A DNA stretch of 64,000 nt from Dehalococcoidia bacterium. Lineage in GTDB: Bacteria > Chloroflexota > Dehalococcoidia > Bin125. The stretch lies in contig CAXXNO010000004.1 of the NCBI GenBank assembly GCA_963663235.2, positions 192,001-256,000 of the forward strand. The letters run 5' to 3'. Below the pieces are notes generated by a model. The model was not told the origin of the DNA and made no database searches. It was given only the letters and a program-made list of their open reading frames with translations. Shown in pieces: positions 8,754 through 19,523 of the stretch. The position numbers were made by a program, and so were the translations under genes. Positions within the stretch are counted from its first letter, which is position 1. The number at the start of each line of letters is the position of its first letter.

Positions 8754-9941
8754 GTGAGGCTACAGATCAACACCAACATTCAAGCGCTCAACGCGCAGCG
8801 GAACCTCAACGCCACCAGCGCGCGGCTGGGAAAGGCCCTGGAGAAGCTCTCGAGCGGCCTGCGAATCTACCGGGCCGCCGACGACGCCGCGGGCCTGGCG
8901 ATCAGTGGAAAGCTGCGCGTCCAGATCCGCGGACTGGGACAGGCCAGCCGCAACGCCCAGGACGCCGTCTCCATGATCGCGACGGCTGAGGGCCCCCTAG
9001 CCGAGGTGCAGAGCATCCTCCAGCGGATGCGGGAGTTGGCCGTCCAAGCCGGCAACACGACGCTGTCCCCCGCCGACCGCACGGCCATCGGCGAGGAGAT
9101 GCTGACCCTCCGGAACGAGATCGACCGGATCGGCAACACCACGAAGTTCAACGGCAACGCGCTGCTGACCGGCTCCCTGGTCACGGCGCTAGACGCCGCC
9201 AGCGAGATCAAGGTTGGGGTGGGCGTCAGCAACAACGTGGTCGCATCCGTGGACGTGAGCGAGGCCGCCGCCGGCACGACGTACAACTTCACCTACGGCG
9301 CCGGCACCAACGCCCTCACCCTCACCAACACGACGACCAGCGTGGCCGAGACCATCACCTTCGGCAGCGCGGGCGCGGCCGGGGACAAGAAGCTCAGCTT
9401 CTCCCAGCTCGGCGTCACGGTTACCCTCACCGGGCCGGCCGAGGCGGTGGCCGACGACATCGGCACCGCCCTGAACGCCGCCGGCCTCGACGACGTGATC
9501 ACCGCCGCCGGCAGTAGCTCGGCGCAGTTCCAGGTGGGCGCGGATGCGGGCCAGAGCATCACCGTGGCCTTCACGGACATGCGCGCCACGGCCATCGGCA
9601 CCGGCGCGGGCAACCAGGTCGCGGACAAGGTGGCGGACAACCAGGCGGTGTCCACTCCGGGCAAGGCGGACGCGCTGTTGACCATCCTGGACGACGCCCT
9701 GTTGGACGTCTCGACGCAGCGCGGCATCCTGGGCGCGGTGCAGAACCGCGTGGATCGCACCATCGCGGCGTTGGGGATCGTGGTGGAGAACTTGAGCGGG
9801 TCGGAGAGCCGCATCCGCGACGCCGACATCGCCGCCGTTTCATCGACGCTTGTGACGCAGCAGATCCTGCAGCAAGCGAGCATCTCCGTGCTGAGCCAGG
9901 CCAACCAGACGCCGCAGTCGGTCCTGCAGCTGCTCCAGTAG
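8754..9941 (+). CDS. fliC: Flagellin (copy 2)
   Basis: Same flagellin motifs and same 395-aa length; central domain nearly identical to copy 1; GTG start. Confidence 0.96.
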   Translation: MRLQINTNIQALNAQRNLNATSARLGKALEKLSSGLRIYRAADDAAGLAISGKLRVQIRGLGQASRNAQDAVSMIATAEGPLAEVQSILQRMRELAVQAGNTTLSPADRTAIGEEMLTLRNEIDRIGNTTKFNGNALLTGSLVTALDAASEIKVGVGVSNNVVASVDVSEAAAGTTYNFTYGAGTNALTLTNTTTSVAETITFGSAGAAGDKKLSFSQLGVTVTLTGPAEAVADDIGTALNAAGLDDVITAAGSSSAQFQVGADAGQSITVAFTDMRATAIGTGAGNQVADKVADNQAVSTPGKADALLTILDDALLDVSTQRGILGAVQNRVDRTIAALGIVVENLSGSESRIRDADIAAVSSTLVTQQILQQASISVLSQANQTPQSVLQLLQ

Positions 9942-10041
9942 TGGACGCGAGGGCGCGCCAGTGAGGGTCGCGGGGACAGCCCGTCGACCGCCCCCGCGCC
10001 GCGTTCCCCGGAGAATCCTGATGTGGAGGGGGGCGGGGGCG

Positions 10042-10050
10042 GTCGATGAT
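10042..10050 (+). promoter_or_regulatory. Putative sigma28 -10 element upstream of flaG-fliD
   Basis: GTCGATGAT about 50 nt before the flaG ATG. Confidence 0.45.
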
Positions 10051-10100
10051 CGGACGGAAGCGGGGCGGTGCGTGGCGGCCGCGCCAGCGGGGCAAGCAGC

Positions 10101-10439
10101 ATGGACGACCTGACGATCCGAGCCGACCCCGCCGCCGCCGTCAGGCCCGCGGGCCGTGAGGGCGGCGGGTCCCGCGAGCAGGGCCGGCGATCCGCGGCGC
10201 AGGAGCGGGAGCGTCGCGAGGCGCTGGCATCGTTGCTGCAGGAGCAGGGCGTGGAGGCCGGAGAGGATCTCGATCTGGTGGTACAGCTCGTCACCGATAC
10301 GACCAGCGGCGCCGTGCGCGTCCGGGTGATCGACGAGCAGAGCGGGGCGCTGCTGGCGGAAGTCGACGCGGAGGAATTCGCCGCAGCGGCGAGCGCCCAT
10401 CAGGCGATCGAGGGGCTGCTGCTGGAGCGCAGGTCCTGA
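10101..10439 (+). CDS. flaG: FlaG-like flagellar protein
   Basis: VRVIDEQSG.LLAEV..EE...GLLLE; position between flagellin and fliD. Confidence 0.75.
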   Translation: MDDLTIRADPAAAVRPAGREGGGSREQGRRSAAQERERREALASLLQEQGVEAGEDLDLVVQLVTDTTSGAVRVRVIDEQSGALLAEVDAEEFAAAASAHQAIEGLLLERRS

Positions 10440-12474
10440 TGCCGGCGATCAACTTCACCGGCCTGGCCTCTGGTCTGGACACGGGCGCGATCGTCGACCA
10501 GTTGATCGCCGCCGCCAGCCGGCCGATCGTGCGGCTGGAAGAGCGGATCGACACGTACGACGCGCGGAAGGACGCGATCGGCGACGTCCGGAGCACGGTG
10601 GCCAACCTTCTCACGCAGATTCAAGCGCTGACCAACGTGGCCGGGCTGAACGCCCGCACGGCGCTGGCATCGAAGACGGCGACGGGGGACAAGACAGTCG
10701 TCAGCGTGGCGGTGGACAGCACGGCGGCGGTGGGGAGCTTCCAGATCTCGGTGGAGCAGCTGGCCACGGTGACGACGGCGGGCTCGGCGACGCCGATCGG
10801 GGACCCGATCGTGACGAACGTGGCGCTGAACAGCGCCGGATTCGCCACGACGATCACGACGGGCACGTTCACCATCAACGGGACCACGATCACGATCGAC
10901 GCGAACACCGTGCTATCGGACGGGGTGGACGATGGGACGTCGAACTCGATCCTCGGGCGGATCAACAACGCCGGGGTCAGCGTGACGGCGGCGATCGTGA
11001 ACGATGCGCAGAGCAACCCCAACCTGCTGCAGCTCACATCCGCGTCCGCGATCACGCTGGGCGCGGGCGACGACACCAGCAACTTCCTGACGGCCGCCCA
11101 TCTGCTGGCCTCGCCGGGGACGACCACGCGCACGAGCACCCAGGCGATGGGCCAAGTGAACGCCGCGGTGAACCTCACCGTGGCGCGGCTGGCGACGAGC
11201 CTGTCGGCGACGACGGGGACGTTCAGCATCAACGGGGTGCAGATCGCCTACGACGCGGACAACGAGTCGCTCAACGACATCATCAGCAAGATCAACGGAG
11301 CGGGCACCGGCGTCACCGCGACCTACGACGGCACCGGCGACACGCTCAAGCTCAGTGCGGACGCGACGGGGTCCATCGCGATCAGCCTCGTGGACGTGAG
11401 CGGCAACTTCCTGGCGGCGACGGGGCTGTTGAGCGCCACGCAGACGCTGGGACAGAACGCAGCCTACAAGATCGACGGCGGGCCGACGCAGTATGCGTCA
11501 TCCAACACGATCACGACGGCGATCACGGGGGTGAGCCTGCTGTTGCTGGATGCCGCAGCGGGCGACAACGCCACCGTGACGGTGTCGGACAACGTGGAGG
11601 CCGTGGTGGATGCGGTCGACGATTTCGTCATTCAGTTCAACTCCACAATGACGATCCTGGAGGACGTGACGAGGCTGAACCTGGAGGGGGAGAACGCGCC
11701 CTTGGCGTCGGACAGCAGCGTGCGCCTGCTGCGAACCCAATTGCGCTCGCTGGCGGTAGGGCTGGGCGACAACCTGACGACGAAGTACACGAGCATGAGC
11801 GACGTGGGGGTGACGCTCGGCGCCGTCGGCGCGGTGGTGGGCACCACGGGCACGATGCTCTTGGACCAGACGGTCCTGCGCGAGAAGATCGCTGAAGATC
11901 GCGACGCCGTGGTGGAGTTGTTCGCGGCCCTGACCGTCTCCGCGACCTTGCAACCCAACGACGGGAGCTTGGCCAGCGTCTCGGGATCGCCGGACAAGAA
12001 GCAGGCGGGGACCTACACCGTCACCGACGACGGCACCGGCAACCTGACGGTCTCGTTCGTTCCCGGCGACGGCAGCGCCACCACCAGCACGACGGGCACG
12101 ATCACCGCCAGTGGCACCAACACCATCCTGATCCTGGGCATGACCCTGACCGCCAAAGCGATCCTGCAAGCGGGATCGGACAGCATCGTGGTCACGCGGG
12201 ACAAGGCGGGCGTGGCCGTCAAACTGGAGGAGTTGCTGACATCCTACACGCGCGCCGACGGCTTCCTGGACTCGAAGGGGACGCGATTGACGAGATCATC
12301 GAGGACTACAACGACCGGATCGCACGCCTGGAGGACCGACTCACGAGGCAGCGGCTCACGCTGGAGGCCAAATTCACGGCGATGGAACGGATCTTCTCCC
12401 GATTCCAGGCGCAGCAGAGCGTGCTGACGAACCTGAACTCGACGTTCGACTCGATAAACCGGCTGCGGTCGTAG
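10439..12474 (+). CDS. fliD: Flagellar cap protein FliD; one G missing at 12277-12280 (frameshift)
   Basis: GLASGLDT N-terminus; conserved end (RIARLEDRL...LEAKFTAME) continues in another frame to TAG 12472-12474. Confidence 0.93.
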
Positions 12475-12489
12475 TAGCGAGGATCGCGC

Positions 12490-12903
12490 ATGCAGAACGG
12501 GTACGAGGCCTACCAACGCATCAAGCTGGAGACAGCCAGCAAGCCACAGTTGCTGCTGGCGCTCTACGACAGCGTGTTGCGGTTCCTGGGACGCGCGCAA
12601 GCGGCCGTGGCGAAGCGAGACGTCGAGAAGGCCCATCACGACCTGGTCCGCAGCCAGGAGATCATCACGGAGCTGATGAGCACGCTGGACCCAGACTATG
12701 GGGAGATCCCGCAACAACTGCTGGAGCTCTACATCTACCTGTACGGGGCGCTGACCGAGGCGAACCTCCGCAAGGACGCCGCGAAGATCGCCGAAGCGGA
12801 GGCGATCCTGCGGCAGTTGCGGGACGGCTGGCGCGTGGCCGTGGCGCAGTGCAACGCGGAGGCCGCCCAGTCCGACGGGGGCTCCGCCCAGGCCGGCGGC
12901 TAG
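12490..12903 (+). CDS. fliS: Flagellin chaperone FliS
   Basis: TASKPQLLLALYD, QEIITELMSTLD, LYIYLY, LRDGW. Confidence 0.95.
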   Translation: MQNGYEAYQRIKLETASKPQLLLALYDSVLRFLGRAQAAVAKRDVEKAHHDLVRSQEIITELMSTLDPDYGEIPQQLLELYIYLYGALTEANLRKDAAKIAEAEAILRQLRDGWRVAVAQCNAEAAQSDGGSAQAGG

Positions 12904-12916
12904 GGAATCGCAGGCG

Positions 12917-13315
12917 ATGGACCCCGCTGAGGACACCAAGTTCGCGCTGCTGAAGCGGATCTTCCGGATCGCGGAGGAGCAGCGGGGCGCGCTGGAGGCG
13001 GACCGGCTGCAGCGGTTCGAGGCGCTGCTGGACGAGCGGCAGGGGCTGATGGAGGCGCTGCTGAGCGCGGCGCCGGGCACGCGGCCGGAGAACGTGATCG
13101 AATTCCCCCGTCGGGGGCAGGGCGAGGACGACGCGATCGCCATCGAGGCGCTGATCAAGGGGATCGTGGAGATCGACCAGCAAAACGGCGAGAGCCTGCG
13201 CGCCGCGATGAGCGAGGTGGCGCGCGCGCTGGGCACCCTGGCCGAGGGGCGTCGGGTGGCCCAGCGCTACTGGAGCGTCCCAGAGCGCCGCCCGCGCCTG
13301 GAGCGCCGCGGATAA
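12917..13315 (+). CDS. FlgN/FliT-like flagellar export chaperone
   Basis: Small helical protein between fliS and flgM. Confidence 0.55.
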   Translation: MDPAEDTKFALLKRIFRIAEEQRGALEADRLQRFEALLDERQGLMEALLSAAPGTRPENVIEFPRRGQGEDDAIAIEALIKGIVEIDQQNGESLRAAMSEVARALGTLAEGRRVAQRYWSVPERRPRLERRG

Positions 13316-13348
13316 ACCGCGCGGAGGGCTGCATTAATGCGAGGAGCG

Positions 13349-13357
13349 GTCGATGAT
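13349..13357 (+). promoter_or_regulatory. Putative sigma28 -10 element upstream of flgM
   Basis: GTCGATGAT, identical to the element upstream of flaG. Confidence 0.45.
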
Positions 13358-13403
13358 CTGGTGAAGGCCGCGGGGCCGTCTTCCAGCGCAAGGAGGACCC
13401 AGA

Positions 13404-13682
13404 TTGCCAATCTCTGAGATCGGACGTTTTTCAGCAACGCCGCCGCCGTCCCCCGGGGGGGCGCGCGGAGCCGAGCCGGGCCCGCGACCCACCAGCGGCG
13501 CGCCCGCCGTTTCCAGCCAGGTCAGCCCGCGCGCGCGCGCAGTGCGCGCCGCCGCCGCGGGCGTCCAGGAGGCGCCACCGATCCGCACCGAGAAAGTCTT
13601 TGCGTTACGCGGCGCTATCGCCAGCGGCGCCTACCGGATCGACGCGGCCCGGATCGCCGAGCGATTGCTGGATCAGCTCTAA
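13404..13682 (+). CDS. flgM: Anti-sigma28 factor FlgM
   Basis: IRTEKV.ALR.AIASGAY.ID...IAERLL; TTG start after AGGAGG. Confidence 0.9.
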   Translation: MPISEIGRFSATPPPSPGGARGAEPGPRPTSGAPAVSSQVSPRARAVRAAAAGVQEAPPIRTEKVFALRGAIASGAYRIDAARIAERLLDQL

Positions 13683-13802
13683 CCCCCTGACCCGTCGCCG
13701 CCGCCTTTCCCCTCCCACCGCACATCCGTGTGGCGCCTTTCCGTGCCTGTGCGAATCAGGCCTTTGTCTCCAGGGCATCAGGCGTCCCGATCCGAGGCCT
13801 AA

Positions 13803-13849
13803 GGAATCATGCTATGAAGCCCGGTGCGCGGGCTTCATAGCATGATTCC
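13803..13849. repeat. Perfect 21-bp inverted repeat with 5-nt loop upstream of fliF
   Basis: GGAATCATGCTATGAAGCCCG-GTGCG-CGGGCTTCATAGCATGATTCC. Confidence 0.95.
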
Positions 13850-13884
13850 AGACAGTCATCGCATCACACGGAGGCGACGTTTTC

Positions 13885-15456
13885 TTGGGATTCCTCAGCA
13901 ACCTGCCCCGCGACCTGAGTTCCGTTTGGAACCGACTGCCGCGGGGGCAGAAGATTACCCTGCTTTTTCTTGGTGTCACAGCAATCGTGTTGTTCGTGCT
14001 GTTCACGTCCTGGTCGAACACGCCGGACTACGTGCCGCTGTACTCGGGCCTGGACCCGTCTGACGCCTCCGCCGTGGTGGACCGCCTGCAAGAGCAGGGC
14101 ATCCCACACCAGATCGGAGACGGGGGGGGCACGGTGCGCGTGCCGTCAACGCGAGCGGCGGAAGCCCGGCTGGACCTCGCCGCGGTGGGGTTACCGAGCG
14201 GCGGCGGTGTGGGCTTCGAGATCTTCGATCGGCAATCGTTCGGCGCTACGGATTTCGTGCAGCAGATCAACTTGCGGCGCAGCCTGGAGGGTGAGCTAAC
14301 GCGCACCATCAACCAATTCGACGCCGTCCAGGGGTCGCGCGTCCATATTGCGATACCGCAGGAACAGCTGTTCAGCGACTTTCAGGCGCAATCAAGCGCG
14401 TCCGTGGTGCTGTCCCTGCATCCAGGCCGCACGCTGTCCGGCGCGCAGGTGCGCGGAATCGCACATTTGGTGGCGCAGAGCGTGGACGTGCTGGCGGTCG
14501 AGCAGATCACGATCCTCGATACGCAAGGGGACATCCTCTACGACGGCAGTGAAGACATAGCCGGGGGCGGCAACACGCAACTGGAGCTCACCCAATCATT
14601 CGAGACGCAGATCGAGCGGGACCTGGCCACGTTCCTGCGCACGGTGCTGGGACCGAACAAGTCGGCCGTGGCAGTATCGGCGGTGCTGGACTTCACGCGC
14701 GCCGAGACGACACGCGAGACGTTCACCCCGGTGGAGGGCGCGTCGCGCTCATCGCAGAGCGTCACGGAGACGTTCAGCGGCAGCGGGACGAGCGCCGACA
14801 TCGCCGTCCCGGGCGCGGTGGCGAACGTTCCCGGCCTCGCCGAGGTGGGGAGCACGGCCCCCGGGGACACGAGCAGCTCCGAATACAGCCGCAGTGAGAG
14901 CACGACGAACAGCGAGCTGAACCGCACGCAGGAAGTGATCTCGACGGCGCCGGGCGACGTGGAACAGATCTCGATCTCGGTGCTGCTGGACGAGTCGATT
15001 CCGGACGAGGAGGCGACGAGCCTGCAGTCGGCGATCGCGACAGCGGCCGGGATGGAAGCGGATCGTGGCGACACGATCACCGTGACGCGCATCGCCTTCG
15101 ACACCACGGAGATCGAGGAGGCGAAGGTGGCGATCGCGGCGGCGGAGGCGGCGGCGGCGCAGACGAACATGCTGCGGCTAGCGATCCCCGTCGTGGCGGT
15201 GGTGCTGGCGGGCGGGATCTTCTTTTTCTTGCTGCGCAAGGTGAGCCGCGCGCAGGCGGGGCAGGGCTACGCGCTGGCCGTGGGCGAGGGGCCGGCGGCC
15301 CTAGGCCCGGGCAGCGAAGTCGCCAACGCCATGGGGGCGCTCCAGGCGGCCGAACAACGGCGTCAGAGTGAGGCGAACCAGGAGGTGACCACCTTCGCGC
15401 GGGCGCAGCCGAAGGCCGTCGCCGAGGTGGTGCAGACTTGGATGCGCGAAGACTGA
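13885..15456 (+). CDS. fliF: Flagellar MS-ring protein FliF
   Basis: Two TM segments, VGFEIFD..SFGATDF, RSLEGEL.RTI; TTG start after GGAGG. Confidence 0.96.
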   Translation: MGFLSNLPRDLSSVWNRLPRGQKITLLFLGVTAIVLFVLFTSWSNTPDYVPLYSGLDPSDASAVVDRLQEQGIPHQIGDGGGTVRVPSTRAAEARLDLAAVGLPSGGGVGFEIFDRQSFGATDFVQQINLRRSLEGELTRTINQFDAVQGSRVHIAIPQEQLFSDFQAQSSASVVLSLHPGRTLSGAQVRGIAHLVAQSVDVLAVEQITILDTQGDILYDGSEDIAGGGNTQLELTQSFETQIERDLATFLRTVLGPNKSAVAVSAVLDFTRAETTRETFTPVEGASRSSQSVTETFSGSGTSADIAVPGAVANVPGLAEVGSTAPGDTSSSEYSRSESTTNSELNRTQEVISTAPGDVEQISISVLLDESIPDEEATSLQSAIATAAGMEADRGDTITVTRIAFDTTEIEEAKVAIAAAEAAAAQTNMLRLAIPVVAVVLAGGIFFFLLRKVSRAQAGQGYALAVGEGPAALGPGSEVANAMGALQAAEQRRQSEANQEVTTFARAQPKAVAEVVQTWMRED

Positions 15457-15471
15457 TAGTGCGAGCGAGCG

Positions 15472-16507
15472 ATGGCCAGCGCGACGACATCTCCGAAGGC
15501 GAGCCGACTGCGCGGCATGAGCAAAGCGGCGGCGCTGCTGGTGGCGCTGGGGCCGGAACTCTCCGCCCTGGTCCTCAAACACGTCAACGAGGAGGACATC
15601 GAGCGTCTCACGGCGGCGGTGTACGGCATGAAGGCGCTCCCGCCGGAGGCGCGGGACGCGGTGCAATCCGAGATGTTGCACACGGCGAAGGCACGGGAGT
15701 ACGTCCTGGCCGGCGGCGTGGATTACGCGACGGAGATGCTGGAGCGGGCGGTGGGACCCGACAAGGCGGCGATGATCGTCGGGCGGATCGCGGAACACGA
15801 GCAGGGCATTCGCTTCGGCTTCGTGCGCGAGGCCGACCCCATGATGTTGCTGAACTACCTGCAGCGGGAACATCCGCAGACCATCGCGCTGATACTGGCG
15901 CATCTGCCGCCAGGGCGGGCATCACAGGTTCTGGAAGGGCTGGAACCCGCCTTGCGAGCGGAGGTGTCGATCCGGATCGCCACGATGGGGCGCACGTCGC
16001 CGGACATCGTCACGGAAGTGGAAGAGGTGCTGCGCAAGCGGCTGGCGAGCATGCTCACGTCCAACCAGGAGTTCACCGGGATCGGGGGCCTGACGGCGCT
16101 GGTCAACCTGCTCAAGCAGGTCGACCGCGGCACGGAGCGATCGATTTTGGAATCGCTGGAGCGGGAACGACCCCAAGCTGGCCGACGAGATCAAGAAGCA
16201 GATGTTTGTCTTCGCCAACATCACGCAACTGGACGATCGATCCATTCAACGGGTCCTGCGCGAGGTGGAGACGAAGGACCTGGGCCTGGCGCTCAAGGGA
16301 GCGAACGAGGAGGTGCGTGAGCGGGTGGTCCACAACATGTCGGAACGGGCGGCGCAGATGCTGGAAGAAGACATGGCCTCGCACGGCCCGGTGCGGCTGC
16401 GGCACGTGGAGGAGGCCCAGGGGCGGATCGTGAGCGTGATCCGCAACTTGGACGCGGCCGAGGAGATCATCATCTCGCGCGGCGGCGAGGACGAGATCCT
16501 TGTCTGA
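15472..16507 (+). CDS. fliG: Flagellar motor switch FliG; extra G at 16163-16165 (frameshift)
   Basis: KAAALLVALG and EHPQTIALIL in one frame; MFVFANI...IQRVLREV...VEEAQ.RIV in the next. Confidence 0.95.
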
Positions 16508-17228
16508 GGCGCGCTCGGCCATTCTGCGGGGCGGGCGCCAAGCGCGGTCGGCCGTCGCATTGCGGCGGGCCCGCGCCAACGTGGTGCGGCTGCGGCGCGT
16601 CCACGGGCGGCCCGTGGTCCCGCGCCGGGCGCAGGCGTCGGAGGCGGTGCGGCTGGCGGCTACCCAGCTTCAGGCTGAGGAGATGATGCGAGCCGCCGAG
16701 GAGGCGGCGCAGCGGAGAGGCGACGACGCCCAGCAGGCCATCGACACCGCCACGGAAGCGGGGCGGGCGCAGGGCTACCGCGACGGGTACGCGACCGGGC
16801 GCGAGGCCGGACGCGCGGACCTCCTGGAGGCGCTGGAACTGGTGCGGAGCGTGGCCAGCGACGGCAAGCGCCTGCGGGACGCCATCCTGGGCAACTCCGA
16901 AGCGCAGATCGTGCGGCTGCTGGCCGCTGCGGCGCGGCGGCTGGTGGGGGAGATCGCGGAGCGTCATCCGGATCTGGTGCTCCGCGCGGCCCACGAAGCG
17001 CTGCAACAGGCGGGGAACCAGCACATCTTGCGAGTGCGCGTGCATCCGGATTCGAAGGCGGTGCTGGAGGCGCGCTACGGCCCCACGGATCGCGACTGGG
17101 AGGTCCGCGGCGACCGAGGGATCGCGGCCGGCGGATGCATTGTGGATACCGAGGCGGGCGTGATCGACGCGTCGTTCGACGGGCAGGTCAACGAGATCGG
17201 CGCGGCGTGGGAAGAGCTGGCGTCGTGA
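16500..17228 (+). CDS. fliH: Flagellar assembly protein FliH
   Basis: GxxxG repeats, VRVHPD, GGCIVDTEAGVIDAS. Confidence 0.88.
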   Translation: MSEARSAILRGGRQARSAVALRRARANVVRLRRVHGRPVVPRRAQASEAVRLAATQLQAEEMMRAAEEAAQRRGDDAQQAIDTATEAGRAQGYRDGYATGREAGRADLLEALELVRSVASDGKRLRDAILGNSEAQIVRLLAAAARRLVGEIAERHPDLVLRAAHEALQQAGNQHILRVRVHPDSKAVLEARYGPTDRDWEVRGDRGIAAGGCIVDTEAGVIDASFDGQVNEIGAAWEELAS

Positions 17229-18613
17229 GCAACGACCCGACGCCGATCGCGCTGGACCTGCGCCGCTACGAGGCCATCCTGCCCACGATCACGCCGGTGC
17301 GGGCGCGCGGCCGCGTGGTGCGGGTGGTCGGTCTGACTGCCGAGGCGGAGGGAGTGAGTGCGCGGACGGGCGAGGTCTGCCACATCTACGACGACGAACG
17401 GGGCGAGCCGCGGGCGGCGGAAGTCGTGGGGTTTCGCGACGGGCGCCTGCTGCTCATGCCGCTGGACACGCTGGCGGGCCTGGCACCCGGGAGCCGCGTG
17501 GTGGGGAGCGGGCGGCTTTCCCGCGTCCCCTGCGGCGAGGCGTTGCTGGGCCGGGTGGTGGACGGCTTGGCCCGGCCGATCGACGGCGGCGGCCCTATTG
17601 AGGCGCGCGACAGCGTGGCCGCGATGAGCGGTCAGCCGCCGGCGCCGCTGACCCGGGCTCCGATCAACGAGCCGTTGACCACCGGCGTGCGGGCCATCGA
17701 CGGCCTGACCACGATCGGAGTGGGCCAGCGGATGGGGATCTTCGCCGGCTCCGGCGTGGGCAAGAGCTCATTGCTGGGGATGATCGCGCGCTACACCAAC
17801 GCGGAAGTCACCGTGATCGCGATGATCGGCGAGCGCGGACGCGAAGTGCGCGCGTTCCTCGAGGAGAACCTGGGGCCCGAAGGGCTGCGTCGCTCGGTGG
17901 TGGTAGTGGCGACATCGGATCAGCCGCCGCTGCTGCGGACGAAAGCGGCCTGGCTGGCGACGTCAATCGCGGAGTGGTTCCGCGACCGCGGTGCGCGCGT
18001 GCTGCTGTTGATGGACTCGCTCACGCGCTTCGCGCTGGCGCAACGGGAGATCGGATTGGCCATCGGCGAGCCGCCGACGGTGCGCGGCTACCCGCCGTCG
18101 GTCTTCGCCGCGCTGCCGGCGCTCCTGGAACGGGCAGGGACCGCAGACACGGGGTCGATCACGGGGCTGTACACGGTGCTGGTTGAAGGGGACGACCTGA
18201 ACGAGCCGGTGAGCGACACGGCGCGCGCCGCGTTGGACGGGCACATCGTGCTCTCGCGCGCGCTGGCGCAAGAGAACCACTATCCGGCGATCGACGTGCT
18301 GGCCAGTATTTCGCGGCTGGCGCCCGCCATTCAGAGTCCGGAGCACCAGCGGGCGGCGGGGCGGCTGCGGGAGCTGCTGGCCGCCTACGAGGACGCCCGC
18401 GACCTGATCTCCATCGGCGCGTATCAAGCGGGGAGCAACGCAGACGTCGACACCGTGATCCGCGCGCGCGCCGACATCCAGGGCTTCCTGCGGCAACCGA
18501 TCGACGAGGCAGCGTCGCTGCCGCAAACCCTGACCGCCCTGCTCACCCTCGCGCCGATGGGCGGGCCAGCGGGCGCGCTGGTCGCTCAGGAGACGGAGGC
18601 CGCGAATGCCTAG
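17225..18613 (+). CDS. fliI: Flagellar export ATPase FliI
   Basis: GIFAGSGVGKS, IGERGREV, MDSLTRFA, LLERAG; GTG start overlapping fliH stop. Confidence 0.97.
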   Translation: MSNDPTPIALDLRRYEAILPTITPVRARGRVVRVVGLTAEAEGVSARTGEVCHIYDDERGEPRAAEVVGFRDGRLLLMPLDTLAGLAPGSRVVGSGRLSRVPCGEALLGRVVDGLARPIDGGGPIEARDSVAAMSGQPPAPLTRAPINEPLTTGVRAIDGLTTIGVGQRMGIFAGSGVGKSSLLGMIARYTNAEVTVIAMIGERGREVRAFLEENLGPEGLRRSVVVVATSDQPPLLRTKAAWLATSIAEWFRDRGARVLLLMDSLTRFALAQREIGLAIGEPPTVRGYPPSVFAALPALLERAGTADTGSITGLYTVLVEGDDLNEPVSDTARAALDGHIVLSRALAQENHYPAIDVLASISRLAPAIQSPEHQRAAGRLRELLAAYEDARDLISIGAYQAGSNADVDTVIRARADIQGFLRQPIDEAASLPQTLTALLTLAPMGGPAGALVAQETEAANA

Positions 18614-19052
18614 AGCGTTCCGGCTGCAGAAAGTGCTGAACTACCGCCAGCTTCGCGAACAGGAGCAGCGGGCGACGGCAGCGCGCGCGCAACGAGAGGC
18701 GACGGCCGCCCAGGCCGATCTGGACGGTGAGCGCGCCCGCCTGCAAGCGGAGCAGCGCCGCGCGCGCGCGACCGCCCCCGGGCGGATGGATCTGGCAGAG
18801 ACCGAGCAGGCGCAGGCGTATCGCGAGCTGCTGGAGCGTCGGATCGGCGAGCGCGCCGACACGAGCGAGGCGCGGCGGCATGAGCAGGAGCGGGCCAACG
18901 CGGATCTCCTGGTGCGCCGGCAGGAGCGGCGGGCGCTGGAGAAGCTGCGCGAGCGGCACGAGGCCGCCCGCGCGACCGCGGATCAGCGCCGCGAGGCCGC
19001 GTTCATGGACGAGATCACGGCGAGCCGTGAAGGCCGCCGCATGAGGCAGTAG
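18606..19052 (+). CDS. fliJ: Flagellar export protein FliJ
   Basis: FRLQKVLNYR, LEKLRER, MDE; follows fliI. Confidence 0.88.
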   Translation: MPRAFRLQKVLNYRQLREQEQRATAARAQREATAAQADLDGERARLQAEQRRARATAPGRMDLAETEQAQAYRELLERRIGERADTSEARRHEQERANADLLVRRQERRALEKLRERHEAARATADQRREAAFMDEITASREGRRMRQ

Positions 19053-19061
19053 GAGCGCCAT

Positions 19062-19514
19062 ATGTCGCGCATCGACGTGGAGTTCATTCGGCAAGCGTTG
19101 GACGGGCTGGCCCAGCGGCAGGCCGCGATCGCCACCAACATCGCGAACGCGGAGACGCCGGGCTACCAGCGGGCCACGGTCAACTTCGAGGCGCTGCTGC
19201 GGCAGCAGTTGAGCCGTCAGGAGGCCGCCGGGCGGAGCGTCACGCGATCGCTGGAGGGCGGGCGGGTGGCGCTGCAGCGCACGGACGCGCGGCACCTGCC
19301 GGTGAAACTCCGGGGCGGGGGCGGGGGCTTCGCCGACATGACGGCGGGGAGAGCGCGCGACGTGATCGGAGGCGGCTCTCGCAACGACGGCAACACGGTG
19401 GATCTGGACCAGGAGATGACCGACCTCGCGCTCACGCAAGTGCGCTATGCGGGCCTCGCCGCGGCGCTCAGCGCGCGGATGCGCACGCTGCGCGCCGTGA
19501 TCGAGAACGGCTAG
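19062..19514 (+). CDS. flgB: Basal-body rod protein FlgB
   Basis: NIANAETPGY, RNDGNTVDLDQEM. Confidence 0.95.
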   Translation: MSRIDVEFIRQALDGLAQRQAAIATNIANAETPGYQRATVNFEALLRQQLSRQEAAGRSVTRSLEGGRVALQRTDARHLPVKLRGGGGGFADMTAGRARDVIGGGSRNDGNTVDLDQEMTDLALTQVRYAGLAAALSARMRTLRAVIENG

Positions 19515-19523
19515 GAGACGATC

